A stretch of 63,912 nt of DNA, the filler included, from Lenisia limosa (Eukaryota > Protista > Breviatea), in NCBI GenBank assembly GCA_001655205.1. It is 9 parts of 9 records of this genome, joined end to end, with 100 filler letters (N's around TTAATTAATTAA, not from the genome) between each part and the next. Parts side by side here need not be neighbours in the genome. Positions count along the whole stretch, not along the records: positions 47,558 to 60,021 come from LPNZ01010065.1; positions 60,122 to 61,928 come from LPNZ01001355.1; positions 62,029 to 63,912 come from LPNZ01007155.1; 6 more parts are not named here. One strand, given 5' to 3'. How positions within the stretch are numbered: position 1 is the stretch's first letter; every line of letters begins with the position of its first letter. A program made the translations under genes and the position numbers. Shown piece after piece: positions 50,501 through 62,156 of this stretch. The notes below the pieces were generated by a model that worked only from the letters and a program-made list of their open reading frames with translations, was not told the origin of the DNA and made no database searches.

Positions 50501-53500
50501 NNNNNNCGCGGTGACACTGAAGGGCAAAACGAACATTGCCGCCCATCAAGATGCCGTCAACTCCGTCTGTGTAGCGGACCAAACCTTTGTTGGGGGGGGT
50601 GTGAACAGATATTAGAGCTTCACTATCGGTCCCAAAAAAGACGGAATGGAATTCTCGATACATCCTCGATAAATCCTCAATAAATCCTCCATAAAGCCTC
50701 GATAAAGCCCCGATAAATATCGATTTTTTACGTGTCTTTTGGAACCTAAAGTGAAGCTCCAATAAATATCTTGGGGATTACCATCGTATACATTATACAT
50801 TAAGTGGGGCTGGATTCCATGCTTTTGGGGTGATTGGGATATTTCTAGGGGTAATACATATTCTTTAACATACTTTATTTGAAATATGGGTCCTCCCAAC
50901 CAGGCTTGTCTGGTTTCACAACCTGTGTGGAAATCACATTTTCTGCTCTGTCTCGCTTTTTCTAAATTTTCATTTTTACGCTTTTTCATACTTAATTTTT
51001 AGATTTCTTCTCATTTTCCTGTTTTCAGATTTCATGCTCCTCCGACGCGCTGATCAAAACCTGGGACTCCGCAACAATGGCCCCGATTCACACCCTCCTG
51101 GTTTGTGGTGCTCACACCGACTTAATTTTGTTTGAAAAAAAACAGAATTTCTCGATAAATCCTCGAAAACTACGATATTTTCGGGTTTTTTCAGACCAAC
51201 CAGAGTGAAAACCTGGTTTGTGGTGAACAGGGGGTGGGGGTGCGTGTGCATGAAAGACAATATATCATATACAATTAGAGAGGAGTGAAATAAACTCTTT
51301 TGCGCGAACGTACTATAATTGCCACAATAGTTAATTTTGGGCTTCTTGTTTAATTAATTTCCAATTTCACTCTTTTCGCTAGTATTCTTCCTCAAAAATT
51401 GTTGTTATCAACCCTCGTGTTGATTTTGGGCTTTTTTTTTTTTCATAATTTTCCCATTTTACTCCCCCCCCCCCCCCNNNNNNNNNNNNNNNNNNNNNNN
51501 NNNNNNNNNNNNNNNNNNNNNNNNNNNNNNNNNNNNNNNNNNNNNNNNNNNNNNNNNNNNNNNNNNNNNNNNNNNNNNNNNNNNNNNNNNNNNNNNNNNN
51601 NNNNNNNNNNNNNNNNNNNNNNNNNNNNNNNNNNNNNNNNNNNNNNNNNNNNNNNNNNNNNNNNNNNNNNNNNNNNNNNNNNNNNNTGTACGCTGGGGAG
51701 GCACGCAGAAAGCCGTGTACACAATCCAATATCTCTTATACGCGTGATGGTGTGGACGACTTCTGCCAGATACAACCTTATTCTTTATTTCATTTCTATT
51801 ATTTAAAAGAAAGTCATCTGAGTTGGTGTTTGTATTGTGTATTTCACACCCAGTTTTTCTCTGAACATGTTTTTTCATAAAATAGCCATCTGAGTTGACT
51901 ATCTTTTGCAATTTTCTCATATTGTCGTCATGCTTTGTATTTTATTTCCATCTCATCATACTCTTCATTTCAAATATGTTTCCTATTTCACAGTTGAAAG
52001 GCAACCTATTTGATTGGGTGAATTAACCTTATACTGTTATCCATTATTATTCTTATACGTGTGATGGTGTGGAAGTCTTCGCCAAATACTCCCTATCATA
52101 TACATACACTAATTGTCATAATTGTAAATTAAAGTGTCTGAAACGGGGTTCTCGTTACAATATGTCCGACTTCAAATTTTGAAATTAATTTGTCAGTAAA
52201 TTGCACTGAGCCCAGATTATTTCTCTTGACCATCATTTCCAAACAATCCTATTTATTATTTCTCTTGACCATCATTTCCAAACTATCGTCTATTATTATT
52301 TCTCTGAGCATTTCCAAACTGTCATCTATTATTATTGTCCATCATTTTTCGAACCGAAGGAATTCCTAGTTATCTATTTCACCGCTTCAGTCAGAACCGG
52401 AGAGGAAGTTCGGAAGTTACAGTGCCACCACTCCTCGGTTTCTTCCCTTGCCTTCGATGCTACACGAATGGTCACAACTGGACATGACGGCGTGGCTAAG
52501 TGGGGGGCTAGTTATTAGGACTTCACTTCGGTTCGAAAAAGACCGGCAAAATATCGATAGTTTTCGAGGATTTATCTTGTTTTTTTTCGAACCGAAATGA
52601 AGTCCTATTTGTTATAAGTATTTATACTGTGTAATATTTTATCTGTGGTGGTATACTTTGTTTTTATGTTTATATTGGTACTATTATGCTGGAGAGGCAC
52701 GCAGAAAGCTGTGCACAGAGTTGTNNNNNNNNNNNNNNNNNNNNNNNNNNNNNNNNNNNNNNNNNNNNNNNNNNNNNNNNNNNNNNNNNNNNNNNNNNNN
52801 NNNNNNNNNNNNNNNNNNNNNNNNNNNNNNNNNNNNNNNNNNNNNNNNNNNNNNNNNNNNNNNNNNNNNNNNNNNNNNNNNNNNNNNNNNNNNNNNNNNN
52901 NNNNNNNNNNNNNNNNNNNNNNNNNNNNNNNNNNNNNNNNNNNNNNNNNNNNCAAGGTAGTGTCTGAGCACAAGGGATTTTATTGTAGTATACTATTAAT
53001 TTACCCAACATAAGTAAACCAATTCAAGGCCTGCCAACCTTTTCTCATCCTCCAGATTATGGGATCTACGATCTTCGGACAAGCCGGCGGAATTCAGTGT
53101 GTCATGCGCGCCACGTGGACATTGTGTGGCGCTAGCTGGTGACGTGGCATTTGTCGCTGGGGAGGGACATAGTGTTTTGGTTTGTTGGGCCGTTTGTGTT
53201 TACTATTTTCTTTATTGGAACAGGATTATTAAAACAATTCGAATTTAAAGAAGGCAACCAAAGAGATAATCGAAAAGTATCTTTTCACCCTCTTCAACAA
53301 ACATCCTTTCACCTCACGGTTTATTTTTGGTTTAGCATACTGAATATTAATGCTCAGTACTTATTTTTCCCTTAGGCGCTCAATGCAACCAACGGTACTA
53401 CCCTTGCTCCCCTCAAGGGGCACCTTGCCCCTGTCAATTCGGTCGCAGCATGCAATGACGTTCGATTGGTTAATGGTAGGGCGGAATTGATGAAATGATG

Positions 53501-54315
53501 GGGGATTTTTCTAACCTGAGATTATTACATCGGGGGCTTCAATTCGGTTAAACAAAGACAATTTCTCGATAAATATCGGTATTTTATCACTATTTTTCGA
53601 ACTGAAGTAAAGGTTTAATTATATCGCTTTTATCTCTTTTGTTTGATTATTTTTTGAACCTGATTATTATTCTTTGTATCCTGTCTTGATTGTATAGCTA
53701 TATCATATACTATATGATATAATACTATATATTATATTATAGCTATATATACATATATATATTATATGTATTTATATAATATGGATTTGTATCTAGTGAC
53801 CGGGATAAGTCTGCTATGTGATTTCCCAATGAAAACAGATCAAGACTTATCCCGGTCATTTTATGTGTGTAAATCTCTTCTTTTTAGTCTTATTGGACCC
53901 CAATTTTAACATCCCTAAAATGACGTCACATTGTTTCGTATGCAATAACGGGAAATTACCAACATTAGACCGTGACTGTCTTTGTTATTTTGGCTGCTTT
54001 TGAAATGTTATTACGTCTTCGCTGTGGTCTGGAAAAGACTGAATTCTTGATAATCTATCGATATTCTATGCACAAGGAGCCCTACGGTTGCTTTTGACGA
54101 GGATATTGTGTCATTAATTTTTGGAAAATGAATTGATATATGAATTGATATGAAAGTACTGTATCTGAAAAGGGGTTCGTGTTTTTCATATGTCTCACTT
54201 CCTAATTTCTCAAATAACTGCATTGAGGCCTACTTTTTACCCTTTAGACGGGGCCTGGAAGGGTACCGTTGTGACGGGTGGAAATGACAGAACCGTTCGG
54301 ATATGGAGGAAGTAA
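47558..54315 (+). CDS. WD40 repeat protein, multi-exon, 5' partial
   Basis: DLNSGRQLGKIKPH / GVLISGGGDGHVRT / AAHQDAVNSVCV / ISCSSDALIKTWD / HSSVSSLAFDATRMVTTGHDGVAKLWDLR / LKGHLAPVNSVA / VVTGGNDRTVRIWRK*. Confidence 0.85.
48050..48479. mobile_element. 430-bp foldback MITE (family C), TA TSD, CAGTGA(C/A)CGTGTTAAATAGTGACCGAAATG TIR
   Basis: The arms are near-perfect for about 55 bp and imperfectly inverted for about 170 bp, flanked by TA. Confidence 0.9.
48620..49100 (-). mobile_element. hAT transposase C-terminal dimerisation-domain remnant
   Basis: LKQFWSSRKEELP...SSTSSCSVEREFH resembles the hATC motif FW..P.L....S..sER.FS. Confidence 0.55.
49135..49720 (+). repeat. ~150-bp tandem repeat, about 4 units (GAGGGAACTGTTCAGAACACCGAAGTAGAATATTTGACTGCTGATTGG..)
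   Basis: The core recurs at about 49140, 49340, 49490 and 49650. Confidence 0.85.
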
Positions 54316-55099
54316 ACTGGTCAAGTGTTCAAAATGTGTTCAAAATGTGCTCTTGAGGCTTAGTGCCAAATCGATTATTTAATGTACCTTATTATTTCTA
54401 TTTATTAGATTTTTGTTTATGTTTCCATTCTTTATAGCTGATTAAAATCATTTTAATTGTTTTTGATATAAAGCCTCATTTGGGAACGGATTATCCTGAT
54501 TCAGTCAGGGGGGAAGCAGGTTACATTTTAGCAGTGGAAAATGGATGTTCTTTGTGTGAACTGTAGAAAAATGACACTATTGGTGATCTTTGGGTCATAA
54601 GAAGAGTGTTGATGACAAGGAAACCAAAAAAGTTGGGAACGTAGCTCGAACTACAGCATAAGTTCAATAATTGGTTAAACTAGTGTAACAAATGAATGTA
54701 ATTCCAGATGCTTTCAAACACAAGGCAAATTTGTATGATGTGTTAAAAATACGTTCATGATTTCATATTTTAGATATTCTCAGCTCAGAAGGAACATTGG
54801 CTTATGAGACTAGATGCAGCGCTTTTGAAGAATCCTTAACAAGAGTGGTTTTTATGATTTTTGAAACAAGGAAAGGCGCAATAAAACTTTCCTTTTAGTT
54901 GCAGTAATAAACACAAGACAACAACAACTAAACTTGAGAAATGAGATTTCATGAACAACTAAAAAACAATCAATTGGTTAGCTACTTCAGAGTGAAATCA
55001 ATTTGTCTTTAACAAGACAATATATATTTGAGATGTTATGAAGGGTTTTGTCTCTTGGAGTGGTAAAGAAAGGATCAAAGACGCCAATTAGAGAGTCTT

Positions 55100-55292
55100 G
55101 GGACTGTCACATTGCTTTTTGAATTGGACGAACGTCACATTTGAAAAGGACCCGCAAAAAGTAATGTTGTTATTTTGTCATGCATATAAAGATGAAACTA
55201 TATTTATTTTGTTCTTTAAGGACTCTCAAGCTACACTCGCTGAATATATGCGGAGTGTTGGTGAGGACAGAGACAAGCGCTGGGTCATGTAA
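55100..55292 (+). CDS. Possible terminal exons of an unknown gene (..NWTNVTFEKDPQK / DSQATLAEYMRSVGEDRDKRWVM*)
   Basis: In-phase GTAATG...TAAG intron and a stop codon at 55292. Confidence 0.4.
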
Positions 55293-55299
55293 AGGGGCG

Positions 55300-56075
55300 T
55301 CTAGCTCACCGGTGAGAGCGGCCAGTGGGACTAAGCGGGAGGGGCAATCCAACACCAGGTGCTGGATGGTATCATCTGTTCAGTTACAGAGAGGGCAGGA
55401 GCTGCTGAGGTGAGGGTAGATTGAGGTCGGCAGGGTACCCAACAAAACTATCGCCAGAATTTCTCCAAAGTCCACGTGAGACGGCCTTTCTTGTTGCAGC
55501 CAAGGCCTGGGGGGAAGTGTCTAAGGCTAGGGAAGGTGTCGAATACCAATCTGCTTAGCGAGGTGCTAAGGGAGCTATTTGTTCGGTATTGTGGGGGGCC
55601 AGCGTGTATGTGTCCATACAGAGTAGTAGGCGAAACGAAAAAAGGGGCGGGGAGGAAGGTGTCTCAGAATGCGCAGGAGACAAGGCTCCTCTGGGTCAGA
55701 AGGATGTTCCAGGAAGGATGCGTCAAGTGCTGAGCGGTCAGTGGCCCCGAGCTTCGCCAGGCCTTGTTGTCGCAGAAAATCGTGGCCTCCGTGAGGGGGT
55801 CGGAGGGCAGCATCATTGTGACATGTAGGATTGCCATGAGCTCAGCGATGTAGATGCTTCTTGGGCACCTTTTTTCTCTCCAATTTTGGAGCCATCCGTG
55901 AAGACGCTGAGTTTAGCATCATTATTTGGGTCAGCTGGGGAGAAGGGAGGCTGTTGACATCCAGTGGCGTGTGTTTCAGGTGGTCGAGGTTGGGGAGCGC
56001 GAGGTTTGGGCCATTCCAGCGGAAACAGGAGTAATCCATGAGGATGAATGGACGCTTAGCGGTGTCGCAGAATTT
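55300..56075 (-). mobile_element. 5'-truncated, degenerate non-LTR (LINE) retrotransposon, ORF2 C-terminus
   Basis: GC-rich intronless block. The minus frame contains SCPLCN*TDDTIQHLVLDCP, the CCHC zinc motif of LINE ORF2, with stops and frameshifts. Confidence 0.65.
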
Positions 56076-56134
56076 TGTGATTTTTCACTTTATGTTCATC
56101 ATTGCCATTGAAATAAAAAGCTAAAGAGATGTGA

Positions 56135-56207
56135 GCCAGCTTAGCTCAGTGGTAGTAGCGTGGGTTTTGTAAGCCCAAGGTCGCGTGTTCAACTCACGTA
56201 GTTGGCT
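56135..56207 (+). tRNA. tRNA-Thr(UGU)
   Basis: Acceptor stem GCCAGCT/AGTTGGC; anticodon arm TGGGT-TTTGTAA-GCCCA; T arm GCGTG-TTCAACT-CACGT; followed by an oligo-T terminator. There is one mismatch in the D stem. Confidence 0.9.
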
Positions 56208-56303
56208 TATTTTTTTCTTTTTTTCTTTTTTTCTTTTTACGAAATTAGACTCTTTTAAAACTTTTTTCTTTTTGAAAAAAACCCTCTTTTATTAGAAATA
56301 ATC

Positions 56304-57095
56304 ATGAAGTTTGTCATTGCCCTTCTTGTTGCGATTTTTGCCTTCGCTTTCGCCGAAGGTTTGCTACTCGATCTCGGCGTTTTTGCTTATTTTTTTTCTT
56401 ATCATTTCAGAATGCCCCATGCAGAAGTTCCCTTCTAAGTTCCCTGGTGGATTTGAGAACGGTTGGTTTTCGGAGATTGAATTCTTTATTTTCTTTTTTT
56501 CTCATCTGTACCTTTTTGTAGCTGCTATTCTTTCATTTCTGTTGTAATTGTACTCTAGGACACGGATGCTGGGCCTTCAAGCTTGAGGAGCCTACTGATC
56601 TTTGCCTCACCATTGGCCACCCGTAAGCTTCTTATCCCTCATAGCATTGAAAAGATGCTAAATAGCGCATTGACGGGCGATTTTGTCTTGTTGTTTGTCT
56701 CCCTCGTGTTGTCACCCTCCAGCTACCCTGACAACGCCAAGTTCACTGTCCAATTCGATGCCTTCCCAGTCCAGGCTGGTGGACTCGAGTGTATGAGGGA
56801 AATCATTCTTTCCTTATGTGTTGTTTGATTCAGTGCCCTTATTAATACGATAGAATGATATTGTTGACCCTTTTAGATGAGCACCAACTCCAAGCCGGCA
56901 ACCACACGGCCACTATCACCGCCGATAAGGACGCCTGCTTCTTCCCTCGTATGTTGTTGCTCCTCTTTTTGACCCTCACCCTTTCTTCTTATCTGAATCA
57001 TTCTTTGATTTTCTCGTTAACCTGTCTGTTTCGAGCTTACCGGACCAATTTGTTTGAAGTGTGCTTACGCTTTAGTTGAGATCAAGGAATGCTAA
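56304..57095 (+). CDS. Small secreted Cys-containing protein, about 6 exons
   Basis: Signal peptide MKFVIALLVAIFAFAFA, then in-phase exons ECPMQKFP.. / GHGCWAFKLEEPTDLCLTIGHP / YPDNAKFTVQFDAFP.. / ..DKDACFFP / LEIKEC*. Confidence 0.75.
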
Positions 57096-57462
57096 CTGCT
57101 GCTTGAAGCCTCTTCGCCATGTTTTGATGGATTTTTCTTTGCTATATTTTGGGTAGATTAGATGCTTTGTGTAAAAAAGTCGAGTTGGAGTACATACCAT
57201 CATATCGAGAGTTAAAACTGGTTTAGATTAACCATCGTTTCATCGTATTTATCTCATATTCTCAAATTATAATTAATATATAAAGTAAACACTTGTTCGA
57301 GAGAGGATCCTTTTGTTATTGTAACCTGATTGATAGTAATTCTAAACTAATCAAAAGTAATCAGATAAGCAATTCCGGAGAAAAAAATATAATCTCAGTT
57401 GTAGGAGTGAAAAAGAGAAGAAGAAGGAGTTTTAAACAATTATTTGTAATAAGGGTGGAAGA

Positions 57463-59949
57463 ATGTCCGTTCCAAGAGACCCAGGTGAACGGTATATGTC
57501 GAACTTCTTGCGTTCAAAGGCTCCTCCACCACAGCCACCACCAACAAAAGTATGTCCAAGGCCTTATGGGCTGAAATCGGCATTTTTCTTACTGGTTTCC
57601 TTTAGTCTCGTCCATCACAGCGGCTTTCTCAGCCTATTCCCCCTCACCCAAGGCACAAAACCCCTACAAAAAGCCATACAACACCACCAACGACACCTAG
57701 TCGCCATACGCGCAAGCCTATCACTACTGGTTGGTTATTATATTTCTACTGGCTTTGATCGCAGGAGTAATTAGTGTTTTATTCGTGGGTGTGTGGAAGC
57801 AAATGTTTCCAAGAGTTCTCCCATCAGTCCCAGAATAAGTGATTAAAAATGGACTTCTGTGTATTTCCTGATTAAGAGGATGTTTTCCGACTATACTTTT
57901 TTTTTTCTTTTCTTTGGGCTTTGTTTGCAGCCAACAGAGTAGATTATGGACTTATTTCTTTCATATATTTTCCAATTTTAATCCCCCCCCCTTTTTTTTT
58001 TCTGGTTTGTAATAATTAGCGTCTTTCCGCAGAGTCATCGAAATTTTCTGACACCCATAGCCTATAGTGTTTTTTTTTGTTTGATACAGTGCGCTTATTA
58101 TTAAGATAGCATATGGCAGTGTTATTGAGATTTTTATTCTTCTTGTCACCCTTCAAGAGCACTTTACGCCCCCCGGTGGCGCACCTTCACCAACGTCATT
58201 CCTCAACCATCACCGGGCCCATCATGCTGCTCAGCACAGCCAGCTACAGAGGACTATCGACAGGTTTGCTTCTGGCAAATATTTTGAACTTCATGCAATT
58301 AATTGGACATTTGAAGTGAGACCTATTGTCATAGGAACTCCATTTCAGACACTTTAATTTCAAATTCTGTCCATCCATTTCTTCAAACAATTAATTGTGC
58401 GGGGTCCGAAGTAGTTGAGATATTTTGAAATTCATATAATATTTGAAAAGGTTTTAAGTTACAATATGTCCTACTTTAAAATTCAAAATTCATATCTCAT
58501 TTCATTTCACCATATTTTAGACAAAAGCCCCNNNNNNNNNNNNNNNNNNNNNNNNNNNNNNNNNNNNNNNNNNNNNNNNNNNNNNNNNNNNNNNNNNNNN
58601 NNNNNGAGGGAGGGCGGGCCATATGCCTCTACAACGTCTTCAATCAAGGTCTGTTTCATTGGGTTAATAACTAATTATGGTAGTACATACAATATTGGGA
58701 AAGTAGTTTGCAATTTTCAAAAAGGTCCATATCTTCAACGTCTTCAATTAAGGTCTGTTTCTGGGGGTAGTTAGGGCTTCAATTACGTAGTAGCTTGAGA
58801 TTTTCAATTAAGGTCTGTTTCAATTGGGTTAATAGCTAAATATGTATTTAAGGTAGTACATATAATGTTGGGGTAATAGCTTGCGATTTTCAATAAGGTC
58901 TGGGGTATTAGGATTTCAATTAAGGTAATAGCTTGTGATTTTCAATTAATGTACATATAATATTGGGATAGCTTTCGATTTTCAATAAGGTCTGCCCCTC
59001 CTTGATTAAACAAGCCTTATTTTCCAGGCTGCCGAGCCAAAAACGCCGCCACGCCGCCCGCTACGACGAACTGACACGTCACCGGCAAAGTCATCTTCGA
59101 GGGTATGGAATGATTAGTTTAATATCTCTTATAAGATTGATGGTAGGGACGGCTTCGGCCAGATAAAAATTTGTTTTTTATGTCTTATTGCTATGGTATA
59201 CATACATATCATTACGTTCACTAAAGTCAAAAGATAGAATCAATTTGTCAAGACCCCCCTGTTACTAATTAATCTGGATCACCATTACCATCATCACCGA
59301 TATCTCAAGAACCCTTTTGCTCACATTCAGTCATATCATAGTAACATGCTGACATATTTTCAGAAAGGGTCCCCTTTTTTTATTACAATGCTCACATCTC
59401 AGGACCCCCCTTTACTTTTTTAACATATCAGGAGAATCCACTTTACTCAAATACTCACATCTCAGGACCCCCAGTTAGATGTTGCCACCCGATACCTCAT
59501 GAAGCTTCCGAAAACCCCCACCCATGCCCGGCCCAAGCCCAACCTCCCCCATGCCCAGCCAGCTGGTAGGGGGGGGGGTCATTTCCTTTGATTGCTAAAA
59601 TGACTATATATCCTCGATAAATACCGATAATTTTCAACGCTTGTTGCGTATGAATACATACACTCTAGTTAAATCTTGATAAATATGATGAGCTAATGGT
59701 ATTGTAAGAATAGTTTTAGGTTTAGTTTGGGTGCTTTTATTAAGTACATAATATTATGATGATATTATTTGTATATTTTTTCAAAATGATGTAATAAAAT
59801 ACTATATCATAGTATATCATTGGTCACCATAGGATATTAATCATGTGCATATGGTGTGCTTTTACGCGTGATGTTGTTGAATTTCTCTTTTCCCTCCATT
59901 TCTTCATATTCTCATTTCTTTAGTTGCCATTACTTCAGATAAAGACGAG
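57463..59949 (+). CDS. Proline/His-rich hypothetical protein, 3' end lost in gap
   Basis: MSVPRDPGERYMSNFLRSKAPPPQPPPTK / ..TPPTTPSRH.. / EHFTPPGGAPSPTSFLNHH.., each with a GT donor. Confidence 0.5.
58620..58995 (+). repeat. Degenerate ~60-bp intronic tandem repeat (TTTTCAATTAAGGTCTGTTTC..)
   Basis: TCAATTAAGGTCTG recurs about 7 times. Confidence 0.7.
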
Positions 59950-60139
59950 GTGAGTGTTGGGGCTTACTTGTTGGGGCTTATTATTGAAATGATTTCTAAG
60001 CGTGATGGTGTGGACGGCTTCNNNNNNNNNNNNNNNNNNNNNNNNNNNNNNNNNNNNNNNNNNNNTTAATTAATTAANNNNNNNNNNNNNNNNNNNNNNN
60101 NNNNNNNNNNNNNNNNNNNNNTAATAATAATAATAATAA

Positions 60140-61870
60140 TAAAGCCAACCTCAGAGTTCTGCAGCTTGACGTTTTGTTGTGGACAGTCAAATAAGTGTAA
60201 GATGCGATTGGCCAAGAGTCGGGCCCGTCTGCATTGACGATGTTGACTGGCTCGGCGCTGTCACCTGCCATGGCCTCCACGGCCGCCATCACACTGCCAG
60301 CACCGACTGAGACAATCTGCGTGTCAGGCTGGTTTGCTGCTTACATTGTTCTCTTTGTTTGTCATTTTGATTACCAAATGACCAAGATCAGCAGCCAGGG
60401 TATCGGAAAGCGAGTGGTATCTAGAGAATGAGGAGGACAACCACCCTACCCAATGGAGTTCTTGATGGACACAATGCCTGCAGCCATGCCACGGTTGTTG
60501 CGGAAGGTGTGGAGCCGCGTGCTTGGAACGTGGCCACTCAAGTCCAAGTCGGTACTGGCGCCAATCTCGTTTGTCCATTGCGTGCTGTGATAGGAGAATA
60601 CCTGGGGGTCAGGTTTGCCTGCAGGGGCCAAAGCGAACCTGAGAAACCACGTAATTCACAGCAGCGCCATTTGGACGTTGGAGAACCTGGGGGTTATTGC
60701 ACATTTCTGGCAGACGCTGCAAAGACAAAAAGTTTCACAGCCAAACCTGAATCAGGCTATGCGGAAGGGCGTTTCTGTATTCGGGGTTGGAAGCAATGAG
60801 GAGAGGGTCGTCCCAATACTCCACAATACCAAGATAGATTTTGGCCAGTGTGGGGGAGTCAATAAGCAAATTTGGTAGCTCATCCACAGGTACAGTGTAT
60901 GTGGCATTACTAGGGAAGTCTAATTGGTTAGATCTTACAATATTGACATGAATAGTGGCCACCCGTCCAACCAATACATCCATATTGACCGCCCTTCCAA
61001 CCAATATTGACCATGAATACAAACGGTCCGCTCATCACTGGCAGTACTGACAGATCCCCACCCTAAAAGATGATCATAACAATAAGAAGTTTCTAACGCC
61101 ATTGCACCACCGCCCCAACCTGTGCCAATTCTTCATCGGAGTAAATCAGCTGTCCGCCAGAGTACACCCAGGTAGGATCTTCCAACATCATCTTCTTTGC
61201 CCATCCACTATTCCCAACTGAAGGTGGTTATCTAACGACTTGTTTTAATTTTTGGGGAAAGGACATCTGAAATTCAAAGAAGACAATATTCCCTACGGTT
61301 ATAGTTCAGATTGAGAGTTGAATCGACGATGCGATACGAAAAGAGAAGGTCGCGGAAAGTCGGCTAAAAAGTCACAACCCAATGATGGTTCAAACCCAGG
61401 CAAAGGAGCCGCCGCCGCCATTGACTGTCACTTCCGTGTCCTCGAGAATCGACTCCTTGGCGCACTTCTGAAAGCGTGACGGGAGATCAAGCGGACCCAA
61501 GCATTGTTTTTGGAATCATGGCAAACCAATGAGGAAATGATCTCAAGAACGTCACTCTGAATGTTGATCGGCAGCCGACTGTGGCCGCGAGTCTGAGAAA
61601 TGACGTCATAGTCCATCGAAGTTGCGTTGCCTACCTCCATGAAGCTGAGACTCTGATCATCAGTCAGCATCCATTGGATGAACTTGAGGCCCTTTTGCAC
61701 CACGTCGCACTGCAGAGTGTACTCACTGGGCAGTAGGACGAACGTGTACGTTGTGAAGGGGTACGACAGCCGGCCAGCTGGGTTGAGGACGTCGTAAGGA
61801 TTCTCGCCCTCAAGATTGGATTCAAGACCGTAGGCAATCACGTTGTTACTGGGGGTTGTGGCAAACCCCT
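60140..61870 (-). CDS. Protein with tandem PstS-like (periplasmic phosphate-binding fold) domains, partial at both ends
   Basis: Domain 1 end: GRLSYPFTTYTFVLL..KFIQWMLT. Domain 2: VNGGGGSF..; TLAKIYLGIVEYWDDPLLIASNP..LP; NSIG; VNADGPDSWPIASYTYL. These are PstS motifs. Confidence 0.8.
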
Positions 61871-62156
61871 CTTTCTAGAACTATTACAACTTTTGTTGAT
61901 ATCCAAGTTGTTGAAAAAGAAAAACAGGNNNNNNNNNNNNNNNNNNNNNNNNNNNNNNNNNNNNNNNNNNNNTTAATTAATTAANNNNNNNNNNNNNNNN
62001 NNNNNNNNNNNNNNNNNNNNNNNNNNNNTTTTTGAGGGTCTAAGGTAGTATTGTACTATTTCACGGTTTACTCTCTTTATTATTTCACATTATTGCATAA
62101 TAGGGGGGTAGTAGTGCACTTAATGGGTCTTCTCCCTCCCCACATTATCATTTTTC

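Noticed and set aside
13843-54315. Non-standard genetic code
   Set aside because: Reconstructed genes end in TAG (ARL6), TAA (WD40) and TGA (25478 gene). In-frame stops appear only in transposon relics.
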